NCBI GenBank assembly: GCA_007136425.1
Contig: SLGY01000011.1
Coordinates: forward strand, 5,559 to 69,558
Direction of reading: 5' to 3'
Length of the DNA stretch: 64,000 nucleotides
From: Kiritimatiellia bacterium
GTDB lineage: Bacteria > Verrucomicrobiota > Kiritimatiellia > SLAD01
A program made the position numbers and the translations under genes. Position 1 is the first letter of the stretch. Each line of letters begins with the position of its first letter. Positions 49,194-58,650 of this stretch are shown here, piece after piece. A model generated the notes under the pieces. The model ran no database searches, was not told the DNA's origin, and was given only the letters and a program-made list of their open reading frames with translations.

Positions 49194-49787
49194 ATGAATG
49201 CCAATGATGTCGATTTGCTCCGAAAACTGGCGGAAGAGTTAGATGGCGTGTTGACCCTGTCCGATGTGCGGGTGTTGTTTGCGCGGTACAGCGATGCGGC
49301 GGTGTTCAAGAAGCTGGAGGCGCTGGTGCGCGATGGCGTACTCGTCAAGGTGAAACGTGGCGTCTATGTCTTGCCCTCCGCTTCCTTGGCCGCGATCAGC
49401 CAGCGGCTGGCCCGGCAGTCGTATATCTCCACCGGTACCGTGCTGGCCAAGGCGCTGGTCATCGGTTCCATACCCGCACGTCGTGTTCAGGCGGTCAAGG
49501 TGGGTCGGCCAAGAATCTATCGCTGCGCCATCGGTGTTGTGGAACATCTGAGTGTAAAAAAAGAGCTGTTTTTCGGTTACGAGGTTCGTGACGGCATCCT
49601 CTATGCCACGCCGGAAAAGGCCTTTCTGGACGTCTGCTATTTTCTTTCCAAAGGCCGACGGTTCTCATTCGATCCGGTGAGCGACGTGAATCTGGACCTT
49701 TTGAACCCGGCGCGCATCCGTGAATATCTCTCGGCGTATGATCAACGGTTCGTCTCATTTTTCCAGTCACGATGGAGCTTGCCATGA
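49194..49787 (+). CDS. type IV toxin-antitoxin system AbiEi-family antitoxin (copy 2, short form)
   Basis: 197 aa; N-terminal wHTH-like region (LSDVRVLFARY...LEALVRDGVLVKVKRGVYVL); ATGA overlap with a downstream DUF1814 gene. Confidence 0.6.
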   Translation: MNANDVDLLRKLAEELDGVLTLSDVRVLFARYSDAAVFKKLEALVRDGVLVKVKRGVYVLPSASLAAISQRLARQSYISTGTVLAKALVIGSIPARRVQAVKVGRPRIYRCAIGVVEHLSVKKELFFGYEVRDGILYATPEKAFLDVCYFLSKGRRFSFDPVSDVNLDLLNPARIREYLSAYDQRFVSFFQSRWSLP

Positions 49788-50518
49788 ATGCTACCGAAGC
49801 CTTGTTGGTCGAAGTGATGGATGTGATTGCGGAGCGATTCGATAAGCACGCGGTGCTGCGCGGCGGCATGGTCTTACGGGTGTTGGGCTGCGAACGACTG
49901 ACGAACGATGTGGATTATGTCTTTGTTCCTTTTGCCTCCAAGAAGGATATTGCGGATGAGGTCTTGTCCGCGCTTCATCGTATCGAGGGCGCCAACATAT
50001 CCCATAGTTTCAATTCCAAGTGTCTTCGCATAGCATTGTCGCGAAATGAAGTAGCGGTACAGGTTGAGATCAAGACAGCGAGTGATATTAAGACGAGCTT
50101 GGTATCCAATCGTTATCTGGCTCAATCCTATGGCCGGCCGCCCAGGATCATTCGCGTGCTGGATTATCCGGTGGCGCTGGCGGAAAAGATGGCGGCGTGG
50201 AACGAGCGACGCCTGATAAGGGATCTATACGATATCTGGTTCTACCTACGCATGGGCATACGTCCTGATGTGCCCACGTTGGAGAAACGACTGGCCAAGC
50301 CCGACTACTCGAGACGGGTCAAGAAATCGGCATACTTCAGGGGAAAGACGCCGGAAGACTTCTATTCATTTTTGAGGGAAGCCGCGCAGGCGGTTACTGA
50401 TCGGTCCATTGAAGTTGAACTGAGCGATTACCTGCCCGCAGAGGAAATCGTCGGATTGGCCATGCGTTTCCGGGCTGAATTGGTGAAGCTGTCGAGGGTC
50501 GAGGGGGCTATGAATTGA
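49772..50518 (+). CDS. nucleotidyltransferase AbiEii/AbiGii-family toxin (DUF1814) (copy 2)
   Basis: LRGGMVLRVLGCERLTNDVDYVF nucleotidyltransferase motif; alternative start ATG 49784 overlaps the upstream stop. Confidence 0.7.
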   Translation: MELAMNATEALLVEVMDVIAERFDKHAVLRGGMVLRVLGCERLTNDVDYVFVPFASKKDIADEVLSALHRIEGANISHSFNSKCLRIALSRNEVAVQVEIKTASDIKTSLVSNRYLAQSYGRPPRIIRVLDYPVALAEKMAAWNERRLIRDLYDIWFYLRMGIRPDVPTLEKRLAKPDYSRRVKKSAYFRGKTPEDFYSFLREAAQAVTDRSIEVELSDYLPAEEIVGLAMRFRAELVKLSRVEGAMN

Positions 50519-50611
50519 ACAGGGCAAGGGCTTTGTCCAGATGGGCCAAGCCTGTTTCGGCCCATCGTTTGGTTCGGTTTACCCGCGGGCGATTGAGATC
50601 GGCTGCAACGA

Positions 50612-50747
50612 CTAGCAGCCCGTTGAAAAACTCATGGCCACATAGTCCACGCCCTCACGGGCGCGGCTACATTGCAGTTTTCTTCGTAGCCGCCGCCGTG
50701 AGGCGGTGGATGGCACGTCCAACAAACGTGTTTCAACGGGCTGCTAG
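50612..50747. repeat. about 136-bp nested-hairpin element with 17-bp perfect terminal inverted repeats CTAGCAGCCCGTTGAAA / TTTCAACGGGCTGCTAG
   Basis: Arms at 50612-50628 and 50731-50747; inner imperfect 18-bp stem CCTCACGGGCGCGGCTAC / GTAGCCGCCGCCGTGAGG. Confidence 0.6.
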
Positions 50748-50836
50748 GCAGCGTGTGTAGGGATGGCTGATCAAGAGTCTTGCAGTGAATGCGGGGCGGT
50801 GTTAGCGTCGTTTACGGATTCAGAAAGGGACGGATT

Positions 50837-51631
50837 ATGAAAATGCGTAAACTGTGCAGTTTTTTGGCCTTGGTCGGGCTGGTGCTTGGCATGGCTGGCA
50901 CGACCTCGGCGATGTCGCCGCCGCCTCCCGCGAAGACATTGTTGGTCGTTCCGGAGCGAATCAATACGGTCCAAGTCGGCTTCGATATGGTCAATAAGCG
51001 GCCGGTAGCGTTGGTTTCCTATCGGGGCGACGGCACGCGACAGCCGCTGACACTTCATGCATGGACCGACAATCAATGGCGGCCCTTGGCCTTGGAAGAT
51101 TATGAGGGGGGATATTTCCTGATTCGTCCCCCGGCCCGGATCGTGCTGGTCGGAGACGAGCGCCTGCTGCCGGATCCATTGATTAATGCGTCCGATTGGG
51201 GGCCCCTGTTGATGAGCATTGATACCACGGAGACCGACGAGTTGTTGAACTCGCTCGGCCGGTTATTCGAATTCAATCGCTCCGAATGGCGTTGGTTCGC
51301 GAGCCGTTACAACATGGATATCGAAGATGTGACGCCCGAACAGGAACAAATCTCATGGTATGACCAGATGACGCGCGCCCGCCAAACGGCGCCGCGCCGG
51401 ACGATCGATGACCCGCCCGTCACACCGATTGTTCCGGTGCCCGAACCGGCGGAGCCCTTGGAGCCGGAACCCGTTCCGGCGCCCGAACCTGAACCGGCGC
51501 CGACCGTGGAGGACGGGGTCCCCGTTCGGGAAGCCGTGGAGTGGACGGACGACGAGGACGTCATGCCGGACGAAGAGGATACGGATCACGAAGAGCCGCC
51601 CGCGGATGATGAAATGCAGTATATCAAGTAA
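50837..51631 (+). CDS. secreted protein with acidic Pro/Glu-rich C-terminal tail, hypothetical
   Basis: Signal peptide MKMRKLCSFLALVGLVLGMAGTTSA; C-terminus PVPEPAEPLEPEPVPAPEPEPAP...DEEDTDHEE. Confidence 0.6.
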   Translation: MKMRKLCSFLALVGLVLGMAGTTSAMSPPPPAKTLLVVPERINTVQVGFDMVNKRPVALVSYRGDGTRQPLTLHAWTDNQWRPLALEDYEGGYFLIRPPARIVLVGDERLLPDPLINASDWGPLLMSIDTTETDELLNSLGRLFEFNRSEWRWFASRYNMDIEDVTPEQEQISWYDQMTRARQTAPRRTIDDPPVTPIVPVPEPAEPLEPEPVPAPEPEPAPTVEDGVPVREAVEWTDDEDVMPDEEDTDHEEPPADDEMQYIK

Positions 51632-51983
51632 ATGCGCGGGATTACACAGCGCCCGCGCGCTGTCCGTGCCCGTTTTGGTTGTTACGCTGCTACTGGTCGG
51701 TTGTGCGACGCCCGCCGGAGATCCCGTTCGGGCGGGCGATGAAGGAAGACACGCGCCGCTGATTGTAGCCCGGTCGGGCGATACCGCCACATTGAGCTGG
51801 CAATCGGAAGCGGGCGAGTTGTATACGGTTATCTATGCCGATGGTCGGCGTACGGGTGTGGAATGGAGACCGTTGGAAGGCGCCGAACGCATTCGCGGCG
51901 ACGGCGGCGAGATTCGGCTTCGCGATCAAATGCCGCCCGGCATGATTCGCTATTATCGGCTGATGGTCGTGACGCCGGACTAA
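51610..51983 (+). CDS. small hypothetical lipoprotein
   Basis: Contains ...VLVVTLLLVGCATP lipobox; start codon uncertain; overlaps the previous gene's end. Confidence 0.35.
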
Positions 51984-52646
51984 TCAGCTGTCCACCATTT
52001 CGATCAGTTCGTCGAGGGCGTGAATGATCGCGTCCGCGCCCGCGGCCCGAAGCCGGTCGGCGGGATACAACTCGGAGACCATCCCCACGGTGTGTGTGCC
52101 CGCGCGCTTGCCTGCCTCTATGTCGGCGGGTATGTCGCCGACCATGATTGCGTGCGCTGGTTCAGTCTGTAAAGCGTCCAAGGCCTTCAAAACGGGTTCA
52201 GGGTGCGGTTTGGCGTTGTCAACGTCCTGCAGGCCGATCACTACATCGAATTGGTCGAGGACCTGCAAGGCGCCGAGAATAATCTGGGCCCCGTCGGACA
52301 TGCGCGACGTGGCAATGCCGAGTTTGGTGTTCGGATGAAAGTGCGCCAGCATGGCTTTGAGTCCCGGCATGGGCCGCGAAAGCGCCGCGGCCATAGGCCG
52401 GAAGGATTCCCGATAATAGTCGATGAGCTGCTCGATCTCGTCCGGGCCGATGGACGGAACGACGGCGGGAAACATCTCGCGCAGCGGCTTTCCGATGAGT
52501 TTACGGATCTCAACTTCCTCCACGGGTTCCGCTCCGAAACGTTCGAGCGCCGCGTTGAACGAGCGGCAGATCGGTATGGACGCGTCGATCAACGTGCCGT
52601 CAAAATCGAAGATGAGCGCACGAATATCGTGAAACACAGGCGTCAT
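51984..52646 (-). CDS. HAD-superfamily hydrolase (phosphoglycolate phosphatase-like)
   Basis: LIFDFDGTLID (motif I), GIATS (II), VGDIPADIEAG (IV). Confidence 0.8.
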   Translation of the reverse strand: MTPVFHDIRALIFDFDGTLIDASIPICRSFNAALERFGAEPVEEVEIRKLIGKPLREMFPAVVPSIGPDEIEQLIDYYRESFRPMAAALSRPMPGLKAMLAHFHPNTKLGIATSRMSDGAQIILGALQVLDQFDVVIGLQDVDNAKPHPEPVLKALDALQTEPAHAIMVGDIPADIEAGKRAGTHTVGMVSELYPADRLRAAGADAIIHALDELIEMVDS

Positions 52647-53641
52647 TCGTCGTACTCGTAAGATGGCAGCAACGGGGCGTCGGCGGGGACCATGTCGCGG
52701 GCGCTGAATACTGCAAGTACGGGACGATGCGCGGAAGCGCGAGACCCTTTCGGATGCCGGATCACGGCCGATTTGTCCGGGATGAATTCAGGGACCATGT
52801 ACGGGCTGGCGAGAGTATAGTCGTACCGATGATAGAGTTCGGCCTCTTCCTCGTAGTAAGTCCATAATTCCCCGTAACGGTCGACCGGACGCAAGTCCTT
52901 CAGATATTCCTGCTCGGCGCCCATGATGGTGCGCAGCGGCGCGGCGCGGACATGGTCGTTCATGTCGCCGACGACAAGGAGGTTCAGGCGGTGCTCCCGG
53001 CTCAGTGAGCGGCGGACGTGGTTATTCAGTAAACGCGCCTCGTTGCGGCGCATTTCCGTGTGGCCCCGCGGATCATAGGCCTTGGACTTCAAGTGGGCGA
53101 CGAATAGACGGAACCAATAAGCCGGGCCGACGGATATATCGGCTTCGATGAAGCCGCGACGGACGGGAAGCTGTTCGTCGCCAATGCTGAAAGTGTCGTC
53201 GGTATGGAGTTGATGAGAAATGATCGGATACCGGCTTAACAGCGCGATATTATTCTCCGATCGGTTGCGTTGCAAAAGCAGGTGAAAAGGGTAATCCAGT
53301 CCGGCATCAGCAAGTTCCGCGCGGAAGGCGTCGAAAACGTCCGGGCCGCCCATTTCCTGCAAGGCGAGGACGTCGGGTCGATTGTCCAGAATGACGGCCC
53401 GCACGGCGGCGCGTTCCTCTTCCGGCTTGGGGTTGTCGGCCTGCCCGTCGCCCGTGCGATCGCGGTACCCGTAGGCGCCGACATTGTAGGTCATTACGGA
53501 GAACTCATCGGCATCCTGCCGGACGGAGGCGGGCGCATCTTCGGGTACGGTCCGGTCGCACGCAGTCATGAAGGCCATAAGGACCAGTGCCGCGAACGCC
53601 AAACGCCACCCCGCATGGTATGAAACCAGGCGCAACCTCAT
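52643..53641 (-). CDS. endonuclease/exonuclease/phosphatase (EEP) family lipoprotein
   Basis: Signal/lipobox ...LMAFMTAC; LALQEM and GDMNDH EEP-fold motifs. Confidence 0.7.
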   Translation of the reverse strand: MRLRLVSYHAGWRLAFAALVLMAFMTACDRTVPEDAPASVRQDADEFSVMTYNVGAYGYRDRTGDGQADNPKPEEERAAVRAVILDNRPDVLALQEMGGPDVFDAFRAELADAGLDYPFHLLLQRNRSENNIALLSRYPIISHQLHTDDTFSIGDEQLPVRRGFIEADISVGPAYWFRLFVAHLKSKAYDPRGHTEMRRNEARLLNNHVRRSLSREHRLNLLVVGDMNDHVRAAPLRTIMGAEQEYLKDLRPVDRYGELWTYYEEEAELYHRYDYTLASPYMVPEFIPDKSAVIRHPKGSRASAHRPVLAVFSARDMVPADAPLLPSYEYDE

Positions 53642-53648
53642 GATGGTC

Positions 53649-55022
53649 TCAGGAATAGTTCTTTTCTATCTTCTCGGATACGTCGCGATAACCAATGTCG
53701 ACGGAATAGATTTCCTTGAAGTATTTGGCCGCTTTCTCCTTGTCGCCCATGGCTTCGCAGATGACGCCAAGTTCGTAGAGCGTATCCTTCTTGGCCGCGT
53801 CCATGGTGGGCATTTCCGATGCCGCCTTTTCGAGCTGTTCGAGGGCGATATCGTATTGTTGCTTCTGTTTGAAGCACAGGGCCATGTAATACAAGGAACG
53901 CGTCCGGCGCTGCGGGTTGCGCTGTGACTGCTGGAATTGCTGGATCGCGTCGTTCAATTGATCGTTTTCGTAGAGCAGCACGCCGAGCTCATAACGGAAT
54001 TGCAGGTCGTTCGGATACCGTTTGACGCGGTCTGCGGCGTCCTGCAGTTCGAAGGTGTCGCGTTCTTTCTGCTTGGCTTCCGCGCCTTCGGTGTCGCCGG
54101 CTTTCTTGAGCGCCGCGATTTCCATATCGAACTGTTTCAGTTTGACGTTGGACATGGCGCGATCCAGCTGGGGATCGGCGCCGCCGCTGATCTCCTGCGC
54201 TTCCTGCAAGGTCTGCAAAGCCTCATCCATGCGTTCGGCCCGCACATACAGGTCTGCGAGGGCGCGCCGATAATTGATGTTTTGCGGTTCCTTCTCAATC
54301 TTGGTCAAGCTATCCTGGATGAGCGAGTCGATATCCTTGGAGGTCTTGACCGCCTTGGCTTCCTGTTCGAGACGGGTGGCTTCATCGGCGTCCTTCATGA
54401 CATCGCGATAGGAGCCGGCTCCGCTCCAGCCGCCTTTGCTCATGGTGTCCAACGCGCTGGCGTCCTTGAAAGCTTTGACGATTTTCGGGTCGTTCGGTTT
54501 GAGTGCGAGAAGCACTTCGTAAACATCGCGACCCTTGTCGGTCATGTTGTTGTCGAGATACAACTGGCCGAGGCGCTTGAGGATATCTGCGTCTTTCGGG
54601 TAAAATTCGCGGGCGACTTCCAGCATGAGTATGGCCACTTCCGGCAATTCGGATGCGAGGGCGGCCTGTACATGCACTTTGATGAACATCTTGTTCAACG
54701 GATCGATACGAAGCAATTTCTCCGTGGCCTTGAGCGCCTTCATCGGATCTTTCTTCAATGCGGCGTTGGCGGAGAGCAAGCCGCCGAGCCCGCTGATGGT
54801 GGAGAGCACGTGAGTGATCTGACCGCCTTTCTTCTCCTTGAATTCCTTGACTTGGGCGGCACGCAGGAAGCGGCGCGCCTTGAGCAGGCGCGGTTCCAGA
54901 TCGAGCAAACTCATGAACGTGTCCATGGCGTAATTCGTGTTGCCGCGTTCCATTGCGGCCAACCCTTTTTCGTACATGTCACGCACTTTGCGGGGTGCTT
55001 CTTCGAGTGTCACTTCTGCCAT
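53649..55022 (-). CDS. tetratricopeptide-repeat protein
   Basis: Multiple TPR-like helical repeats; start MAEVTLEEAP with strong RBS GGAAGGAGAAG. Confidence 0.7.
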   Translation of the reverse strand: MAEVTLEEAPRKVRDMYEKGLAAMERGNTNYAMDTFMSLLDLEPRLLKARRFLRAAQVKEFKEKKGGQITHVLSTISGLGGLLSANAALKKDPMKALKATEKLLRIDPLNKMFIKVHVQAALASELPEVAILMLEVAREFYPKDADILKRLGQLYLDNNMTDKGRDVYEVLLALKPNDPKIVKAFKDASALDTMSKGGWSGAGSYRDVMKDADEATRLEQEAKAVKTSKDIDSLIQDSLTKIEKEPQNINYRRALADLYVRAERMDEALQTLQEAQEISGGADPQLDRAMSNVKLKQFDMEIAALKKAGDTEGAEAKQKERDTFELQDAADRVKRYPNDLQFRYELGVLLYENDQLNDAIQQFQQSQRNPQRRTRSLYYMALCFKQKQQYDIALEQLEKAASEMPTMDAAKKDTLYELGVICEAMGDKEKAAKYFKEIYSVDIGYRDVSEKIEKNYS

Positions 55023-55110
55023 GAAACTTCTCCTTCCGTTGTCTGGACGCACATGATATGAAATCGTGCGCGACGGCGCAACTGCTTAGTTTTTTGATCG
55101 CGTCGCGGTT

Positions 55111-56139
55111 TTGACCATGAATCGGGGTATGACCACATTGAATCGGAGCCTGTTCGGCATCGCTTTGCTGGCCTTTCTTTTCGGATGGCCGGGCAGCCGG
55201 GAATCGCGCGACTTCCCGAGAACCACGGTAGTGGGCGAACGCACCTTTGTCACGCATAATCACCTGGCGCGACACTATGATTTCCCGCGATCGCGCCCGG
55301 ACGAGGGTGTCCTAGTTTTGCAGAACGACCGGCATCGGCTCGTCCTGGCCAGTGACTCCCGACGCGCGGAACTGAACGGGGTGACGGTCTGGCTCCATGA
55401 ACCGGTTCTGGAGGAGGGACGCCGCTGGTTGATCCCGGAAAACGATGTGCGGCGCGTCATCGACCCGGTGCTGCGACCGGAACGCCACGTGCATGAACTC
55501 GGACGGCGTGTCGTTCTTCTCGATCCCGGGCACGGGGGGCGCGACGAAGGCGGGCGCGGCGCCATGGGAACCTTGGAGAAAGAGATGACCCTGATTGTAT
55601 CGCTTCGGGTAGCGGAGCGGCTGCGAGACGCCGGGCAACGGGTCTATTTGACGCGCGAAGACGATCGGGATGTCTCGTTGGCCGAACGCGTGGCGCAGGC
55701 GACGGAGCTGGAGGCCGACCTGTTTGTCAGCATCCATTTCAATACATCGGCCAATCGGGACGCGCGCGGGGCGGAAACATTTGTCCTGCCCGCCGCCGGC
55801 TATGCGTCGACGGCAAACGTGGAGCAAGCGCCGAATCCGCCGACTGCGTCCGGCAACGCATATGACGGCGCCAATATGGTTCTCGGTTACCTTATCCAGA
55901 AACATTTGCTCAACGCGACCGGAACGGAAGATCGCGGCGTGCGACGCGCCCGGTTCCATGTATTGCGCGAAGCCGTCTCGCCGGCGGTGTTGGTGGAATG
56001 CGGATTTTTGACGAACCCGCGCGAAGAACGTAAAATCCATCGAGCAGAATATCGGGAACAATTGGCTCGCGCCATCGCCGACGGAATTCTGGAATATCTC
56101 GGCACGGCGCTACGTACGCAACTGGACGATGCCTTATGA
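55111..56139 (+). CDS. N-acetylmuramoyl-L-alanine amidase (Amidase_3 family) with N-terminal AMIN-like domain
   Basis: LDPGHGGRDEGG, SIHFNTS, ETFV zinc-amidase motifs; signal peptide. Confidence 0.85.
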   Translation: MTMNRGMTTLNRSLFGIALLAFLFGWPGSRESRDFPRTTVVGERTFVTHNHLARHYDFPRSRPDEGVLVLQNDRHRLVLASDSRRAELNGVTVWLHEPVLEEGRRWLIPENDVRRVIDPVLRPERHVHELGRRVVLLDPGHGGRDEGGRGAMGTLEKEMTLIVSLRVAERLRDAGQRVYLTREDDRDVSLAERVAQATELEADLFVSIHFNTSANRDARGAETFVLPAAGYASTANVEQAPNPPTASGNAYDGANMVLGYLIQKHLLNATGTEDRGVRRARFHVLREAVSPAVLVECGFLTNPREERKIHRAEYREQLARAIADGILEYLGTALRTQLDDAL

Positions 56140-57029
56140 GTGAGAACCTGGATGACGGCCGGGACGCGCCTTCCGCAGGCGATGGGCCGCGATTGAAGTA
56201 TTACATGTTCGACTGGGATGATAACATCCTGCATATGCCGACCCTGATCCATCTCGAACGCAAGACGGACGAGGGGTGGAAGTCGTACAGCGTGACGACC
56301 GCGGAATTCGCCCGAATCCGGCGCGACACGGAAAATTACCGTCCCCGTTCGGGAGACTGGGACGAGGCGTTCATCGATTTCTATGACTTCGGCGAGCGCG
56401 GGGAAGAGACGTTCCTGGACGATACGAAACGCGCCTTGCGCCCGATCGTGCAGAAGGAGGCCGTAGGCGGACCGAGTTTTCGGCGGTTCAAAACGGCGCT
56501 GCTGGAAGGGTCGCTGTTCGCCATCATTACCGCCCGCGCGCACTCGGCCCGGTCGATACGTCGTGCGGTGGAATATTTCATTGAAACCGTTCTCTCCGCC
56601 GAGGAACGGCGACATATGGTCAAGAATCTGCGTCGATTCATAAAGCGATTCGGCGAGGACGGCACACTGTTGACCGACGATGAAGTGGTTGCGCGTTATC
56701 TTGATCTGAACCGTTATCGCGGCGTCTCCTCTCCCGAATTCCAGGAGTTGATGGGCCGTGCGTCCCGTGGCGCGGAGAGTCCGGAAAGCGCAAAACAATT
56801 TGCGGTCAAGGATTTCGTGACCCATGTGATCAACATCATTCGCGAACGGGGAGTGGACGCGTCGATCAGCATGGGGTTTTCGGACGATGACCCGCATAAC
56901 GTACATGCCGTGATCGATTATCTTAATGAAGAGTTGGCGCGCGAATTTCCGGATGTCAAATTCGTGGTGTACGATACCTCGGATTCGGAAGATCAATCGA
57001 TACACAAGGTTGTGGTGCGAGGTAAATAA
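56136..57029 (+). CDS. HAD-like hypothetical protein
   Basis: YMFDWDDNIL (DxD motif), IITAR and FSDDD resemble HAD motifs I, II and IV; otherwise unassigned. Confidence 0.5.
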   Translation: MSENLDDGRDAPSAGDGPRLKYYMFDWDDNILHMPTLIHLERKTDEGWKSYSVTTAEFARIRRDTENYRPRSGDWDEAFIDFYDFGERGEETFLDDTKRALRPIVQKEAVGGPSFRRFKTALLEGSLFAIITARAHSARSIRRAVEYFIETVLSAEERRHMVKNLRRFIKRFGEDGTLLTDDEVVARYLDLNRYRGVSSPEFQELMGRASRGAESPESAKQFAVKDFVTHVINIIRERGVDASISMGFSDDDPHNVHAVIDYLNEELAREFPDVKFVVYDTSDSEDQSIHKVVVRGK

Positions 57030-57112
57030 CGTGAACCGATCCCGACATCGTGAAGGCGATGATCCTCCGGCGTCAACCGGGCTCGGGATGCGTGTACACA
57101 ATGGGAGAAGAT

Positions 57113-57949
57113 ATGATGAGCAATATTGAATGGCGCTTGCCTTTGTTTCCGCTGGTCGTCGTCGGGTTGTTGATTACGGCGGCTTGTGCTCCCCGCGAAC
57201 CCGAGGAAGAGGGCCCGCTGATCACGCTGTTGGGCGAGGATATATATCGCGATGCTATTCCGCCCGTTTCTGAACTTTCTGGAGACGAGGCCGATCGGAT
57301 GCAGAACCGTTTATCGCCCGAAGAATGGGAGGAGTGGCAGGAATGTGCGCGTTGGAGACCGTTGAGGGAACATATACACAGCGAGCTGATCGCATGGTTG
57401 GTCGAACAACATGGCTTGGAGCCGACACGCGAGGAAGTCGAGCAGTATATTCATTATGTGGCCGTTGAACCGATGGCGCGACGGGACCCTGATGTGGGCG
57501 AGATCGGGATTCCGGACGAGGATACGTCCGCCTGGAAATTGGCGCACAGGGAATTGTCGTCCTGGAAGATTCAGAATACGTTGTACGACCTCTACGGAGG
57601 CCGGATCGTCGTTGATCGCGGCGGTCATTGGGTGGCGGCGCACGACGGGTTCGCCCGTTTTCTGCGGGCAAGCGAAGAGGAGGAATTGCTCCAATTTCAT
57701 TCGGAAACGTTGCGCGAAACATTCTGGAACTGTTTGCATGTGGACGAAATCCAGTATCCCCGCGAATACGTGAAGCCGGATGACGAGGTCGCCCTGAAAA
57801 CGCTGCGGGAATTCCCGGGTACCCGACGTTTGCGGATCATGATGAAAAGGCTCGATCGCCTGATGGGCGAAGGATGGATGGAAACCTTCGAGGAAATGGA
57901 GCATCCGCCGGACTGGCAACCTTCGGCCCAACGGGTTCATCCCGGCTGA
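57113..57949 (+). CDS. hypothetical lipoprotein
   Basis: MMSNIEWRLPLFPLVVVGLLITAAC lipobox. Confidence 0.55.
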   Translation: MMSNIEWRLPLFPLVVVGLLITAACAPREPEEEGPLITLLGEDIYRDAIPPVSELSGDEADRMQNRLSPEEWEEWQECARWRPLREHIHSELIAWLVEQHGLEPTREEVEQYIHYVAVEPMARRDPDVGEIGIPDEDTSAWKLAHRELSSWKIQNTLYDLYGGRIVVDRGGHWVAAHDGFARFLRASEEEELLQFHSETLRETFWNCLHVDEIQYPREYVKPDDEVALKTLREFPGTRRLRIMMKRLDRLMGEGWMETFEEMEHPPDWQPSAQRVHPG

Positions 57950-58135
57950 CGTAACCGGCCGGCTTGCAAAGCGCTGGTGAGCGGTATAGTCTCTTGGGGC
58001 TCTAGGAAATTCCCGGTCCCCGGATGGTTGCCTGAGAGGATATGGTCTGGGAACGGGTGAGCGTTATACGGGCGCAACCCTTTGAATGCATGACGCCATT
58101 GCGGGTTGCTCTGTTAGCAAATGAAGGAGGCGGAT

Positions 58136-58612
58136 ATGGCAAAGGCCATTACAGTACGTGAAATCATGGTCAAGTCGCTGGTAACATTAAGTCCGGACAT
58201 GGATATGGGCCGGGCGATTCAGTTGTTGCTGAAGCATAAGGTGTCGGGCGCGACGGTGGTCGATGAGAATCGGCGCATTGTGGGGATGTTGTCGGAGAAG
58301 GATTGTCTGCGCATTTTTGCCAACCGCGCGTACAATTCGTTGCCCGGTGCGAAGGTTAAGACCTATATGTCGAAAAATGTTGTTACGATCACTCCGGACG
58401 CGGACCTGTTTACCGTGGCGGATATTTTCCTCAAGAATCCTTTTCGCCGTCTGCCGGTCATGGAGGACGGCGTGCTGGTGGGGCAGGTGAGCCGGCGTGA
58501 TGTACTGGCCGGCAGTCGCCGCATCTGGGAAGCGTCGCCGGTGCAGAAGGAGTGGACCGACTCAAAATATATCCCCGACGAAATCCGGGCCAAGCTGGAA
58601 TCGAAGAATTGA
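58136..58612 (+). CDS. CBS-domain pair protein
   Basis: Two CBS motifs; RBS AAGGAGG 7 nt upstream of ATG 58136. Confidence 0.8.
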   Translation: MAKAITVREIMVKSLVTLSPDMDMGRAIQLLLKHKVSGATVVDENRRIVGMLSEKDCLRIFANRAYNSLPGAKVKTYMSKNVVTITPDADLFTVADIFLKNPFRRLPVMEDGVLVGQVSRRDVLAGSRRIWEASPVQKEWTDSKYIPDEIRAKLESKN

Positions 58613-58650
58613 GGTTCGAGCGCGGGGGAACTCTTCCCGGATCATTCCCA

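Noticed and set aside
50515-50760. 81-aa ORF after abiEii-2
   Set aside because: It overlaps the nested inverted-repeat element almost exactly and its composition is driven by the palindromes; most likely non-coding.
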